In this document: one piece after another, positions 9,424-19,729 of the stretch
Layout: each line of letters starts with the position of its first letter
Numbering within the stretch: position 1 is the stretch's first letter
Position numbers and translations under genes: made by a program
The notes under the pieces: generated by a model
What the model was told of the DNA's origin: nothing
The model's database searches: none
What the model saw: only the letters and a program-made list of their open reading frames with translations
Assembly (NCBI GenBank): GCA_040902005.1
Contig: JBBDYA010000124.1
Coordinates: forward strand, 1-60,988
Source: Gemmatimonadaceae bacterium
GTDB taxonomy: Bacteria; Gemmatimonadota; Gemmatimonadetes; Gemmatimonadales; Gemmatimonadaceae
Length of the DNA stretch: 60,988 nt
Reading direction: 5' to 3'

Positions 9424-11823
9424 ATGAACCGCCCCCCCCTTCGACTCTTGCTGCTGACCGCGCTCGTGGGCGGTCCGCTTGCGGCACAGACGCCGCGCTT
9501 CGAGCTCACGATTCCCAGCATCATGCGGGGACCCGAGGTGTTTGGCCGGGAACCGCAGCGCGTGCGGTGGAGCGCCGACAGCCGCTGGATCTACTTCTAT
9601 TGGAACGAGCCCGGCACGCCGTGGAACGAGCCACTGGCGCCGTACCGGGTGCGCGGCGTGGCCGGAGCCACGCCTGAACGTCTCACGGAAACGCAGGTCG
9701 ATTCGGCGGGCCCGGTCTTCAGCGACGGCAGCGTCTCCCGCGACCGGCGCTGGAAGGCAGTCGCGTTCGAAGGGGACCTGTATCTCGTGGACGCGCGTCG
9801 CGGCACCAGCCGGCGGCTCACCGAGACGGTCGAGGTCGAGTCCAATCCCGAGCTCGCATCGGATGCGTCCACCGTGTTCTACGTGCGGAATAACAACGTG
9901 TACCGCATGGACCTCTCAGGCGGACTCGTACGCCAGCTCACCGACGTGCGCTCCGGACCGGCACCACGGGATTCCACGTACGCGGGGCAGCGCGGCGTGC
10001 TTCGCGAGCAGCAGCGCGAGCTGTTCGACGCGATTCGCGAGCGTGCCCGCCGCGATAGCGTTGGCCGCGCGGCACGCCTTGCGCACGAGGCGCAGCGCCC
10101 TGCGCCACTCCATCTCCGACAGGGAGAGCGGGTGGGGCAGCTCAGCGTCTCGCCAGCAGGGACGACGCTCCTGATCACGACCGTCATCGCCGCGCCGGCT
10201 GCCCGGCAGACCGATGTTCCCCAGTACGTCACCGAGAGCGGCTACACCGAGGACCTCCGTGTCCGCACCAAGGTTGGCGACGCGCAGTCCAGCGGACGCA
10301 TCGCCATGCTTCCGCTTGCGGCGGGAGTTGTCGACGTGCGGTGGCTCAGCGTCATCCCGACGGACACGACGCGGGCCCCGGCCCAGGTATTCTCCGCGGG
10401 ATGGAACGACGCCGGCAGCGCCGCACTGATCGTCGCGGTCTCGCGTGACTACAAGACGCGCTACATCCACCGGGTGGACACCGGCGGCACGCTCCGCACC
10501 ATCGACACCCTGCGTGACACCGCATGGGTGCTGACGCGCGGCGGCGGTGCCACGGCGTGCGGAACGTGCGTGGGCTGGCTCGCCGGCGATCAGGTGTGGT
10601 TCACGTCGGAAGCCGACGGGTTCGCCCACCTCTACACCGCGTCGGCGGACGGTACGGACCGGCGTCAGCTCACCACGGGACCATGGGAGGTGCTTGACGT
10701 GGACCTCTCAGCGGACCGGCGCACCTTCTACCTGACCACCAGCGAGAACTCGCCCTTTGACGGGCAGCTGTACCGCATGGCCACCGACGGGGGGGGGGGA
10801 GGGGGCGCACGAACACGAATCACGCCGCAGGCGGGCATGCATCAGACGACTCACTCACCGGACGAACAGTGGCTGGCGAACGTCCACTCCGTTGCCAACA
10901 GGCCGCCGGAGCTCTACCTGATGCGCAATGCGGCGGGTGCGCCGATGGCGCAGCTCACCACCTCACCCACCGCGGCCTGGCGGTCGTTCAACTGGCTCGT
11001 GCCGGACATCGTCCACGTCCCGGCATCGGATGGGGCGCGCGTCCCGGCGCGCATCTACCGACCCGCGGACATGGGCGCGCGGCCGAACGGCGCCGCGGTC
11101 ATCTTCGTGCATGGCGCCGGCTACCTGCACAACGTGCACAACTACTGGTCGTCCTATGCGCGCGAGTACATGTTCCACCACCTGCTCGCGTCGCGCGGCT
11201 ACGTGGTGCTCGACATCGATTTTCGGGGATCGGCCGGGTACGGTCGCGACTGGCGGACGGCGATCTATCGCCACATGGGCGGACGCGACCTCCAGGATCA
11301 GGTAGACGGAAGTCGCTACCTCGAACGGGAGTTCGGCATCCCGCCCCAGCGCGTGGGCATCTACGGGGGCAGCTATGGCGGCTTCATCACGCTCATGGCC
11401 CTCTTCACCGAACCCGGACGGTTCGGCGCGGGCGCGGCGCTGCGCAGTGTCACCGACTGGGCGCACTACAATCACGGATACACGGCGCAGATTCTGAACA
11501 CGCCAGAGAGCGACAGCATCGCGTACCGGCGATCGTCGCCCATCTACTTTGCCGAAGGCCTGGAGGACCCGCTCCTGATGCTGCACGGGATGGTGGACGT
11601 GAACGTGCACTTTCAGGACATCGTGCGTCTGTCGCAGCGCCTGATCGAGCTGGGAAAGGAGAACTGGGAGCTGGCCGTGTACCCCGTGGAAGACCACGCC
11701 TTCGTGCGCCCCGATTCGTGGACCGACGAGTACCGGAGGATCTTCAAGCTGTTCGAGGAATCGCTCGGTCCGGCGCGCGTCACTGGGGCCGCGAGCGGAT
11801 CGGGCGGGACGGGAACGCCGTGA
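9424..11823 (+). CDS. S9 family (DPP-IV-like) secreted peptidase
   Basis: Signal peptide; beta-propeller region; GGSYGG nucleophile, LHGMVDVNV and EDHAF complete the catalytic triad. Confidence 0.92.
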   Translation: MNRPPLRLLLLTALVGGPLAAQTPRFELTIPSIMRGPEVFGREPQRVRWSADSRWIYFYWNEPGTPWNEPLAPYRVRGVAGATPERLTETQVDSAGPVFSDGSVSRDRRWKAVAFEGDLYLVDARRGTSRRLTETVEVESNPELASDASTVFYVRNNNVYRMDLSGGLVRQLTDVRSGPAPRDSTYAGQRGVLREQQRELFDAIRERARRDSVGRAARLAHEAQRPAPLHLRQGERVGQLSVSPAGTTLLITTVIAAPAARQTDVPQYVTESGYTEDLRVRTKVGDAQSSGRIAMLPLAAGVVDVRWLSVIPTDTTRAPAQVFSAGWNDAGSAALIVAVSRDYKTRYIHRVDTGGTLRTIDTLRDTAWVLTRGGGATACGTCVGWLAGDQVWFTSEADGFAHLYTASADGTDRRQLTTGPWEVLDVDLSADRRTFYLTTSENSPFDGQLYRMATDGGGGGGARTRITPQAGMHQTTHSPDEQWLANVHSVANRPPELYLMRNAAGAPMAQLTTSPTAAWRSFNWLVPDIVHVPASDGARVPARIYRPADMGARPNGAAVIFVHGAGYLHNVHNYWSSYAREYMFHHLLASRGYVVLDIDFRGSAGYGRDWRTAIYRHMGGRDLQDQVDGSRYLEREFGIPPQRVGIYGGSYGGFITLMALFTEPGRFGAGAALRSVTDWAHYNHGYTAQILNTPESDSIAYRRSSPIYFAEGLEDPLLMLHGMVDVNVHFQDIVRLSQRLIELGKENWELAVYPVEDHAFVRPDSWTDEYRRIFKLFEESLGPARVTGAASGSGGTGTP

Positions 11824-12017
11824 CCCTCGAAGCGATTCGGGCCGCGATGCGTCGCGCGGCGCACGTTGCGCGACGCATCATCGGCGTGCCGGACTACGAC
11901 CGGTACGTGACGCACGTGCTGGCCGCGCATCCTGGGCGGGAACCGATGTCACGGGACGAGTTCGAGCAGGTGCGGCTGCACGACAAGTACTCGCGCCCGG
12001 GGCAACGGTGCTGCTAG
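11820..12017 (+). CDS. YbdD/YjiX (DUF466) CstA-associated small protein
   Basis: GTG overlaps the peptidase stop (GTGA); IGVPDYDRYV..HP..PMS..EF and C-terminal RCC; not given as its own ORF in the track. Confidence 0.88.
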   Translation: MTLEAIRAAMRRAAHVARRIIGVPDYDRYVTHVLAAHPGREPMSRDEFEQVRLHDKYSRPGQRCC

Positions 12018-13213
12018 GCGCGGCGCAGCGTGTCGGGGACGTGTTTCGTCGGTTGACGCCGGAGCGGCAGCGGCTGAGCCGCCAGCGGGACGACATCCTG
12101 CGCGCGCAGATCGAAGTGGCGAACATCGCCGCGCCCACGGGCGCGGAAGGTGCCCGCGCCCGCTGGGTGGCGCACCGGATGCGGGCGCTGGGGCTCGCGA
12201 CGCGGCACGACAGCGCCGGCAACGTCGTCGGGCGCGCGGGCGTGCGGGACGACCGCGCGGCACCCGTCGTGGTGTGCGCGCATCTTGATACCGTGTTTCC
12301 GACCGATACCGTCCTGGGCACGAGGCACGACGGAACCCGCGTGATCGGACCGGGCATCTGCGATAACGCGCGCGGACTCGCGGTGATGCTTGCCATCGCC
12401 GCGGCCGTGCGCCGTTTCGGCGCGGCTCGCGCGCGCGCGGTGGAGTTCGTCGCGACCACGGGGGAAGAGGGCGCGGGCGACCTGCGCGGCGCCAAACAGT
12501 ACTTCACCGACACCCCCGCGCCGTTCGCCGTCATCGCGCTGGATGGCGCTGGCGACGAGCGCATCGTCAACACCGCACTCGGCTCGCGCCGGTTCCGGAT
12601 CAGCTACCGCGGCCCTGGAGGACACAGTTGGGCGGCGTTTGGCGCCGCGAACGCGGTCCATGCGGCCGGCCGCGCCACGGCGGCGCTGGCGACCTTCCGG
12701 CGGCCCAATGCCGCGTCGTCCTCACTCACGGTGGGCCGGATCGGGGGCGGCCTCTCGGTGAACTCGATTCCGGCCGACGCCTGGCTGGAAGTGGACGCGC
12801 GCAGCACGAGCGACGCCACGCTCGCGCGGCTCGAGCAGGCCATCCGGGAAATCGCCGCGTCCGCCGCGGCCGAGGAAAACGAGCGCCGTGCGTCCGGCAC
12901 GCCACCGCTCGCCGTTCACGTCGAACGGATCGGTCTCCGCGCCGGAGGGGTCACGGCAGAGGACTCCGCGCTCGTGCTCGCCGCCGTCGAAGCCACCCGC
13001 CTGGTTGGCCGGCAGCCGACGCTGGCGACGGCATCCACCGATGCGAATGCCGCGTTGGGAACTGGCGCGCCGGCGATCGCGATCGGCGGTGGCGGGCGCG
13101 GCGGCGATGCGCACTCGACCCAGGAATGGTTCGACGATACCGATTCGACCGCCGGGGTGGACCGGGCGCTCACCATCGTGGCGGCGATGGCGACGCTGGC
13201 GCGCGACGCCTAG
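12008..13213 (+). CDS. M20/M25/M40 family metallopeptidase
   Basis: CAHLDTVF, GICDNARG, TGEEGAGDLRG, GPGGHSW and AHSTQEW motifs. Confidence 0.88.
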   Translation: MLLGAAQRVGDVFRRLTPERQRLSRQRDDILRAQIEVANIAAPTGAEGARARWVAHRMRALGLATRHDSAGNVVGRAGVRDDRAAPVVVCAHLDTVFPTDTVLGTRHDGTRVIGPGICDNARGLAVMLAIAAAVRRFGAARARAVEFVATTGEEGAGDLRGAKQYFTDTPAPFAVIALDGAGDERIVNTALGSRRFRISYRGPGGHSWAAFGAANAVHAAGRATAALATFRRPNAASSSLTVGRIGGGLSVNSIPADAWLEVDARSTSDATLARLEQAIREIAASAAAEENERRASGTPPLAVHVERIGLRAGGVTAEDSALVLAAVEATRLVGRQPTLATASTDANAALGTGAPAIAIGGGGRGGDAHSTQEWFDDTDSTAGVDRALTIVAAMATLARDA

Positions 13214-14202
13214 AGTCTTCCCCGAGCCTCTGAGTCGTCGCCCAGGGTGGTCACCCCGTTGAAGCGCTCGACCACGACGCGGTCGCCGATGAGCGAATCG
13301 TGCAGCAGGCAGTTCGCGATTTTCGAGCGCTCGCCCACGATCGTGTCGCGCACGGTGGAATCCTCGATCACGGTGCCGGCGCCGATGGACGCATTGGGCC
13401 CCACGGTGGAGCGCCGGATGATCACGCCGTCCTCGATGTACACCGGCTCCACGATGCGGGAGTCGGCCGCCAACGCCGCGGGCCGACGCGCCATCCCGCG
13501 CTTCTCCAGCATGATCCGGTTGGTGGCCAGCAGCGTGTCGATCTTGCCGGCATCATACCACCCCTCGACATCCACCACGTCGAGCTTCGCGCCCTTGTCC
13601 ACCATGTACTGGAATGCGTCGGTCAGGTAGTACTCGCCCTTGTTGGGCGGCTGCCGCAACACCCAGTCGACTCCCTCGAACATCAGCTTCCAGTTGGAGA
13701 TGTACTGGAGCCCGATGTTGGCCCGCTTCGAAATCGGCTCGCTCGGCTTCTCGACGATGCGCTCCATGTGGCCGGCGGCATCCGCCACCACCACGCCGAA
13801 CCGCTGATAATCCTCGACCTCCTTGACCCAGATGATGCCATCGGACCTGGTCGTCCGGATCACGTCGAAGTCGGCGTCGAAGATCGTGTCAACGAAGATG
13901 ATCATCACCGGCTGATCCACGTGCGGCCGGGCGAGGGCAATCGCGTCCGCTGTTCCCCGCTGTTCCTTCTGTTCGATGAACACCGACTTCCAGGGAAACT
14001 TCGCCCGCGTGTACTCCTCCACCTTCTCCTTGAGATGCCCGGTGATGTAGATGACCTCCTCGACACCACCGAGCTTCTTGAGGTCGTCCATCACGTAGTC
14101 GATCACCGGCTTGCCGGCGATCTTCAGCATGGGCTTGGGCGTGACGTGTGTATGCGGACGCAGCCGCGTGCCCTTGCCCGCCAGCGGGATGATCACTTTC
14201 AT
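13210..14202 (-). CDS. Sugar-phosphate nucleotidyltransferase with C-terminal left-handed beta-helix
   Basis: IPLAGKGTRLRPHTHVTPKP; hexapeptide-like C-terminus. Confidence 0.9.
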   Translation of the reverse strand: MKVIIPLAGKGTRLRPHTHVTPKPMLKIAGKPVIDYVMDDLKKLGGVEEVIYITGHLKEKVEEYTRAKFPWKSVFIEQKEQRGTADAIALARPHVDQPVMIIFVDTIFDADFDVIRTTRSDGIIWVKEVEDYQRFGVVVADAAGHMERIVEKPSEPISKRANIGLQYISNWKLMFEGVDWVLRQPPNKGEYYLTDAFQYMVDKGAKLDVVDVEGWYDAGKIDTLLATNRIMLEKRGMARRPAALAADSRIVEPVYIEDGVIIRRSTVGPNASIGAGTVIEDSTVRDTIVGERSKIANCLLHDSLIGDRVVVERFNGVTTLGDDSEARGRL

Positions 14203-14603
14203 GGCGCGCTCGTCCCCTGCCGGCCGTAGCGGTCCTGCAATCGCACGACGTCGTCGAGGTGAGGCGTGGATGCCTCCAGCACATCACAGTCCGTGACGGC
14301 CTCGATGTAGTGCACGGTACCGGGTGCAATGCGGAATGACTCGCCTTGCTTGACCTTCATGTCCTGCGTCTGGTCGCTCCCCGGCAGTTTGACCCAATAG
14401 ATCATCTCGCCGGACAGCAGGTAGACGGTCTCATCCTTGTGGTGGTGATACTGCACGGACAGCGCCTCGCCGGCATTCACGTGCAGAATCTTGCCGACGT
14501 ACTGATCGGTGCGCGCCCAGATGATCTCGTATCCCCAGGGTTTGGGCACGTGCGTGACCGTCACGCGGCCGGTGAGCGGATTGCCGGGAGGATCGTTCGT
14601 CAT
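14199..14603 (-). CDS. Cupin (mannose-6-phosphate isomerase type II C-terminal-like)
   Basis: KPWGYE, LSVQYHHHKDET, PGTVH and STPHLDDVVRL motifs; ATG 14603. Confidence 0.85.
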   Translation of the reverse strand: MTNDPPGNPLTGRVTVTHVPKPWGYEIIWARTDQYVGKILHVNAGEALSVQYHHHKDETVYLLSGEMIYWVKLPGSDQTQDMKVKQGESFRIAPGTVHYIEAVTDCDVLEASTPHLDDVVRLQDRYGRQGTSAP

Positions 14604-14709
14604 AGCGGCGTGAAAACTAAGTAGTTCCCGGCCCGGCGCCGAAGCGACCGGTGCGCGCCCGCCGAGACCTCCCGGCGATTGGCACTCCTCCTGCTCTGTC
14701 CGTCCGCAC

Positions 14710-16494
14710 ATGATCCTTGCGCCCCGGTACCTGCCGCGCCTCGCGGCCACCGTCGGACTCTTCACGAGATATGGACTCGGAGACTTCGCCGACCGCACCG
14801 GGCTGCGCGCGCTCGTCACCGACGAGGAGTCCGGCGGTAACGGGGCACCGCCCGGAACCGCCGTCGCGTTCCGCAAGCGCCTCGTGGAACTTGGCCCCGC
14901 CTACATCAAGCTCGGCCAGGTGCTCTCGACGCGACCGGATTTGATTCCAGCGCAGTATGTCCGCGAGCTGGAGCGGCTTCAGGACGACGTGGACCCGGTT
15001 CCGTTCGCGGAGGTCCGTGATACGATCGAGGGCGAGCTGGGCGCGCGCATGAGCAAGCTGTTCACCTCCTTCGAGCGCGACCCGTTGGGCACCGCCAGCC
15101 TGGGACAGGTACACGCTGCCAAATTGCGCGGCGGCAAGCCCGTCGTGGTCAAGGCACAGCGCCCCAACATTCGTGAGCTGCTGGCCGACGACCTCGAGTT
15201 CTTCCGCGAGCTGGCCACGTTCCTCTCCAAGCACACCGAGGCCGGGACACGCGTGGACCTGCTGGGGATCGTGACGCAGCTCGAGCGCGCGCTGCTCGAC
15301 GAGCTGGACTATCGGATCGAGGCGCGCAACTCGGCCACGTTCCGGCGAGCCCTCGCGGAATTTCCGCGGCTGCTGGTGCCCAAGGTGATCGAGGGCTACA
15401 GCACCGAGAAGGTGCTGACCACCGAGCGCGTGCGCGGACTGAAGATCGACGACGTGGGTCCATTGACGCGCGTCGAGCACGACTTCGAGCCGCTCGCGGA
15501 AGAGCTCACGCGCGCCTACCTCAAGACGATCATCATCGACGGGCACTTCCATGCCGATCCGCACCCGGGCAATGTCTTCATCGTGCTGCCCGGCACGGTC
15601 AACCCGCTGACCCCGGCGGAGCTCAAGGCCAGGGACCGACGCCGCACGCCTCGCGTGGTACACACGCCGATGCAACGCATGGAGCAACATGCGCAGGCGC
15701 AGGCGGGCAGCACGCCGCCGGACGACGTGAAGCTGTCGCTCATCGACTTCGGGATGACGGCCCGCCTGTCGACCAAGATGCGCGAGCAGATCGTGCACCT
15801 GCTCATGGCGCTGGCGGACAATCGCGGGGACGACGCAGCGGAAACCCTCATCGAGGTGGGCGACGCGCTTTCGGACTTCGACCGCGCGGTCTACACGCGT
15901 GAGATTGCGGGCCTCATCGCCCGCAACAACGACCTGTCCATCGGCGAGGTGGAGGCCGGCAAGGTGCTCTACGAGGTGATCAACATCTCCTACCAGCAGG
16001 GCCTCCGCTTGCCGGCGGAGCTCACGCTGCTCGCCAAGGCGCTGTTCAACCTCGACCACGTGACGCGATCGCTGGATCCGCTGTTCAGTCCCATCGACGC
16101 GATTCGTGACTACTCCAACCAGCTCGCGACCGAGCGCGCCCGACGCGATTTCTCTCCGCGCCGGTGGCTCCAGCTCGCCACCCAGAGCACGGACTTCGTC
16201 ACCAACCTGCCGCATCGACTCGAGCTGATTACCCAGCGGCTGGCCACCGGCGATTTCGAGACCCGGATCGACGTGCCGCAGCTCATGGCGCTGTCGAAGG
16301 ACCTGCAGAAGGTGGCGAACCGAATCTTTTCGGGCCTCGTGCTCGCCGCCATCGTGATCGCGAGCGCGATGCTGCACCCGCACCGGCCCACGCTGGGAAT
16401 CGGGGGCTTCATCGTGGCCGGAGCGCTGGGGCTGTTCATCGTCGTGCACATCCTGCTCAGCGATCGGCGCAGGAAGGGCGGCGAACCGTCGTAA
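14710..16494 (+). CDS. AarF/UbiB/ABC1 atypical kinase family protein
   Basis: ELGPAYIKLGQ, ASLGQVH, FHADPHPGN and DFGM motifs; two C-terminal TM helices. Confidence 0.92.
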   Translation: MILAPRYLPRLAATVGLFTRYGLGDFADRTGLRALVTDEESGGNGAPPGTAVAFRKRLVELGPAYIKLGQVLSTRPDLIPAQYVRELERLQDDVDPVPFAEVRDTIEGELGARMSKLFTSFERDPLGTASLGQVHAAKLRGGKPVVVKAQRPNIRELLADDLEFFRELATFLSKHTEAGTRVDLLGIVTQLERALLDELDYRIEARNSATFRRALAEFPRLLVPKVIEGYSTEKVLTTERVRGLKIDDVGPLTRVEHDFEPLAEELTRAYLKTIIIDGHFHADPHPGNVFIVLPGTVNPLTPAELKARDRRRTPRVVHTPMQRMEQHAQAQAGSTPPDDVKLSLIDFGMTARLSTKMREQIVHLLMALADNRGDDAAETLIEVGDALSDFDRAVYTREIAGLIARNNDLSIGEVEAGKVLYEVINISYQQGLRLPAELTLLAKALFNLDHVTRSLDPLFSPIDAIRDYSNQLATERARRDFSPRRWLQLATQSTDFVTNLPHRLELITQRLATGDFETRIDVPQLMALSKDLQKVANRIFSGLVLAAIVIASAMLHPHRPTLGIGGFIVAGALGLFIVVHILLSDRRRKGGEPS

Positions 16495-16496
16495 GC

Positions 16497-19400
16497 CTAC
16501 CAGAGATCGGTGAGGCTGATTGCCCACCTGGGCGCGATTTCCCCCCGCCCTTGCCGGCCTCGGTCGATCGCGAGGACTGGTCGACTGACGTAGAACGGCG
16601 AGTCGATCCGCAGCGTCAACGGGCGGTCGAAGATCCGTCCACGCACGCCCAGGCCGATGCCGGCGTCCATGAGGAATCCGTCGGCGCGATCCGTGGTTGG
16701 CCCCGGTAGCAACGGGACGGTCACGGAGGTCAGGGCTCCGTCCGCGAATCCATTGATCCTGAATTCCAGTTGGTGGGATGAACGCACCAGCGTGGTGAGG
16801 CGCCGTGAGAGTTCGACGTTAACGGCCGCAGCACCTTCAGTGAACACATCCCACGCGTAGCCCCGAAGCGCCGCGCCGCCGAGCGGCAGCCAGTTCACGT
16901 TCGGCTGCTTGAGGATCCCGCCGGCAGGCCGCCACCAGTGGTTCTCGAACATCGCCAGTGGATCGGCCGCGCTCACGAATAGCGCGCGCTGGGCCGGTGG
17001 GCCACCATGCACCCCGGCGAGGTACCCGCGAACGCCGAGCGTGGACGATGGTGAGAGCGACGCGACATTGCTGATCGCCACTTCTCCCTTCAGGTACGTT
17101 GAAGACCCTGCCTGTCCGATGAGCCCCTGGACCTGCGAGAAACGGTGTCCGCCACCGGTCGCGTGGGTCTCGCGCACGCGACGATCGAAGGAGAGGTCCA
17201 GCGTGCCCACATCGTGCCACATCTCCGGCAACAGGTCGCTTGCCAGGGGCTCGGCGTAGGTGATTGCCCACCCTTCCGTGACGTCGCGGCTCGCGATGGA
17301 GCGCTCCCGTCGCCGGCCGACGTCGGCCCGAAATACGTCGTCGAGGAGCGCAGCGCCGGCCGAGAACCCGGCCGCCGGGCGCCGGAGGAAGCCGACGTTC
17401 GGATCGGTCGTTCGCGCCCACCACTGGATCTTGTCGGGCAGATCAGCCCGCGCGGGCGCGACGACGCCGAACTCGAAACGGTCCAGGGTATGGAGATAGG
17501 TGGATCGTGAGCGCGCGCCGACGGTCGCCCCGCCACCCCTGGAATACCACGCGTTGGGGCTCCACAAGAGCATGGTGCGCTCACGATCGGCCTGGGCGAG
17601 GAAGGGCCAGTCGAAATTCACCCGCGGGCGGTTTCCGGGCACGTCGTTGCGGCGATTCCAGTCCCAGGTGAAGTGGTGCGGGTCCAGGCGCACCTCCAGC
17701 GGTTCCTGCGCCGTGACGATGCGAACCGTCTGTTGCTCCGCCAGCGGATCGCCGATCCGCGCGATCGTCCAGCCCGATGGTGTCCGCACGCCCACCGGCA
17801 TCGAATGGCGATACTCGCCCCGCCGGCGCACCACGGCCTCGGTCACCCAGCCGCCGTCGCTCCGGGTGCTGCGCACGTCGCGGATCTCGTAGTCGAGCAC
17901 CCCCGTTTCGTGTACCCACTGCCGGAAGAACCAGCCGAGGTCCCGTCCACTCACCCGCTCCGCGGAGGCGCGCATCGCGCGCTCGTCCACGTGACGCAGG
18001 GCCCAGCGCGAGTAGTAATCGTGCAGAAAGGATACGAACAGCGAGTCGCCAAGCTCGTCGCGCAGCTGCGAGTACATGACCTGCGCCCGGCTGTAGATCA
18101 TGTCGTTGTACGTCCCGAAGTCGCGGAATTCGTGCGCGGTGGTGCTGATAGGCTGCGCGCCGCCGCGAATGTCGGTCATCGCGCGCTGGAGTCCGATCGC
18201 GTCAAACCGCGAGAGCGCCAGCGAGCGGCCGCCCCCGCGATAGCCCGTGGGCGGACGGAATCGGTCGGTGATCCCCTGGCGCAGCCGCTCCTGCGGCAAC
18301 AGCGTCTGCGCCCACTCCGTCTGGTACGACGTGAGGCCCTCGTCCATCCACCCGCTGCGCCACTCGTTGTTGGCGAGAATGCCGTACGTCCAGACGTGAC
18401 CGCCCTCGTGGAGAATCAGTCCCAGCGAGGGCGAGCCGTTCATCTGGAGCATCGGGAACTCGGTGCCGCCGCCCTCGATCCGGTGCAACACCGTCATCTG
18501 CGGATAGGCGTACGGTCCGTAGATCATCTCCAGCCAGCGGAGCGCGTTGACGGTGCGCCGCGTCACGAGACCGCCACCCCAGGTGGAATCGTCCCCCGGC
18601 TGCATGAGCACGTGAACGGAGACGGTGTCCCACGCGGGCCCGCGCGTGTTGGCGACGGGCCGGGCATACACGGCGCCCTCATACCGGTAGTCCGGCGACG
18701 CCGACCAGGCGAAGTGGTGTACGTCGCGCGCCAGGAATCGCACGGCCTTGTAGCCATCGGGCACTTCGGCGAGCGAGGCCGCGGGCACCGCACCATACGC
18801 ATTCGCCGCGTCCCGCACGGAGCCACCCACGCTCGCGGCACGATCCGCTCGGCGCCACCCGGGATCGCCAGACACGGGCACGCCCACCGCGCCAATGACC
18901 TGGTCGGTCGGCACCACCAGCGTCACGTCGTAGATGCCGAACTCGCCGTAGAATTCGCCGGCCGGCTGCAGCGCGTTGTGCTGCCATCCACCACGGTCAT
19001 ACACCGCCACCTTCGGATACCATTGCGCCAGATCCCAGTGGCGCCCGCGGCGCCCCTGCCGGCGCGGCAGCGTGGAGGGGCGCGCCTCCCACGCGAAGGA
19101 GACCACAATGGAGTCCCCCGGACGCAACGGCGCGGGCAGCCCTAACCGCGCCACAGTGCTGTCGGGCGTGCCCGGATACTGCACCGAAACGGCGAGCCCG
19201 TTCACGAGCACCGGCGCAGTGAAGCGCTCGTACGCGTAGTCGGGGTCACGCAGGTGCTGGAAACGGACGCGCCCCTCGCGTTCGTCCACGCTGCTCCACC
19301 GCGAATGTGGCCGGAACGCATTGAGATACTGATGCACGTACATCTCGCGGAGCGTGTCCGGCGAGTTGTTCACGTACTTCATGGTGCCGGTGGCGCGCAC

Positions 19401-19553
19401 GCGCGCGTCGCCCTCGTCGAGCGTGGCGGTGATGGAGTACTCCACGCGCTGCTGCCAGTAGCCGACGGTGTCTCCATTCACCGGCGACGTGAGCCCAGTG
19501 CCGGTTGGGACCTGTTGCACCGCCAAGAGCAGCGCTGCGGCAAGAATCGGCAT
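16497..19553 (-). CDS. M1 family zinc aminopeptidase with probable C-terminal outer-membrane beta-barrel
   Basis: YWQQRVEY, GGTEFP, HEGGH-x18-E; C-terminal amphipathic strands with LRGY, terminal Trp; ATG 19553. Confidence 0.85.
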   Translation of the reverse strand: MPILAAALLLAVQQVPTGTGLTSPVNGDTVGYWQQRVEYSITATLDEGDARVRATGTMKYVNNSPDTLREMYVHQYLNAFRPHSRWSSVDEREGRVRFQHLRDPDYAYERFTAPVLVNGLAVSVQYPGTPDSTVARLGLPAPLRPGDSIVVSFAWEARPSTLPRRQGRRGRHWDLAQWYPKVAVYDRGGWQHNALQPAGEFYGEFGIYDVTLVVPTDQVIGAVGVPVSGDPGWRRADRAASVGGSVRDAANAYGAVPAASLAEVPDGYKAVRFLARDVHHFAWSASPDYRYEGAVYARPVANTRGPAWDTVSVHVLMQPGDDSTWGGGLVTRRTVNALRWLEMIYGPYAYPQMTVLHRIEGGGTEFPMLQMNGSPSLGLILHEGGHVWTYGILANNEWRSGWMDEGLTSYQTEWAQTLLPQERLRQGITDRFRPPTGYRGGGRSLALSRFDAIGLQRAMTDIRGGAQPISTTAHEFRDFGTYNDMIYSRAQVMYSQLRDELGDSLFVSFLHDYYSRWALRHVDERAMRASAERVSGRDLGWFFRQWVHETGVLDYEIRDVRSTRSDGGWVTEAVVRRRGEYRHSMPVGVRTPSGWTIARIGDPLAEQQTVRIVTAQEPLEVRLDPHHFTWDWNRRNDVPGNRPRVNFDWPFLAQADRERTMLLWSPNAWYSRGGGATVGARSRSTYLHTLDRFEFGVVAPARADLPDKIQWWARTTDPNVGFLRRPAAGFSAGAALLDDVFRADVGRRRERSIASRDVTEGWAITYAEPLASDLLPEMWHDVGTLDLSFDRRVRETHATGGGHRFSQVQGLIGQAGSSTYLKGEVAISNVASLSPSSTLGVRGYLAGVHGGPPAQRALFVSAADPLAMFENHWWRPAGGILKQPNVNWLPLGGAALRGYAWDVFTEGAAAVNVELSRRLTTLVRSSHQLEFRINGFADGALTSVTVPLLPGPTTDRADGFLMDAGIGLGVRGRIFDRPLTLRIDSPFYVSRPVLAIDRGRQGRGEIAPRWAISLTDLW

Positions 19554-19583
19554 GCCCTCAAGAGTAGTGACGGTTGCGCATCC

Positions 19584-19631
19584 TTGACATGCTGGTAAAA
19601 GCTCCTTTACATACTGGCCAGCTCGCTTTAC
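19584..19631 (+). promoter_or_regulatory. Sigma70-like -35 (TTGACA) with adjacent palindromic operator, probable XRE autoregulatory site
   Basis: TTGACA at 19584-19589; GTAAA-N6-TTTAC at 19595-19610; second CTTTAC half-site ending 19631, 21 bp later. Confidence 0.6.
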
Positions 19632-19666
19632 ACCACACTCAGTTCGTCCTCCTCCGGAGAGGTGCA

Positions 19667-19729
19667 ATGACATCCACGCTCCAACCAGGCGTTCGTCCCA
19701 GCCGTCGGGCCGCGATCCGTGCGGAATAG
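19667..19729 (+). CDS. 20-aa leader ORF or gene remnant overlapping the XRE start
   Basis: GGAGAGG SD then ATG; MTSTLQPGVRPSRRAAIRAE*; stop lies within the first codons of the XRE gene. Confidence 0.4.
   Translation: MTSTLQPGVRPSRRAAIRAE

Noticed and set aside
11820..12017. Selenocysteine form of YbdD/YjiX
   Set aside because: Ends TGC TGC TAG (RCC); no in-frame TGA.
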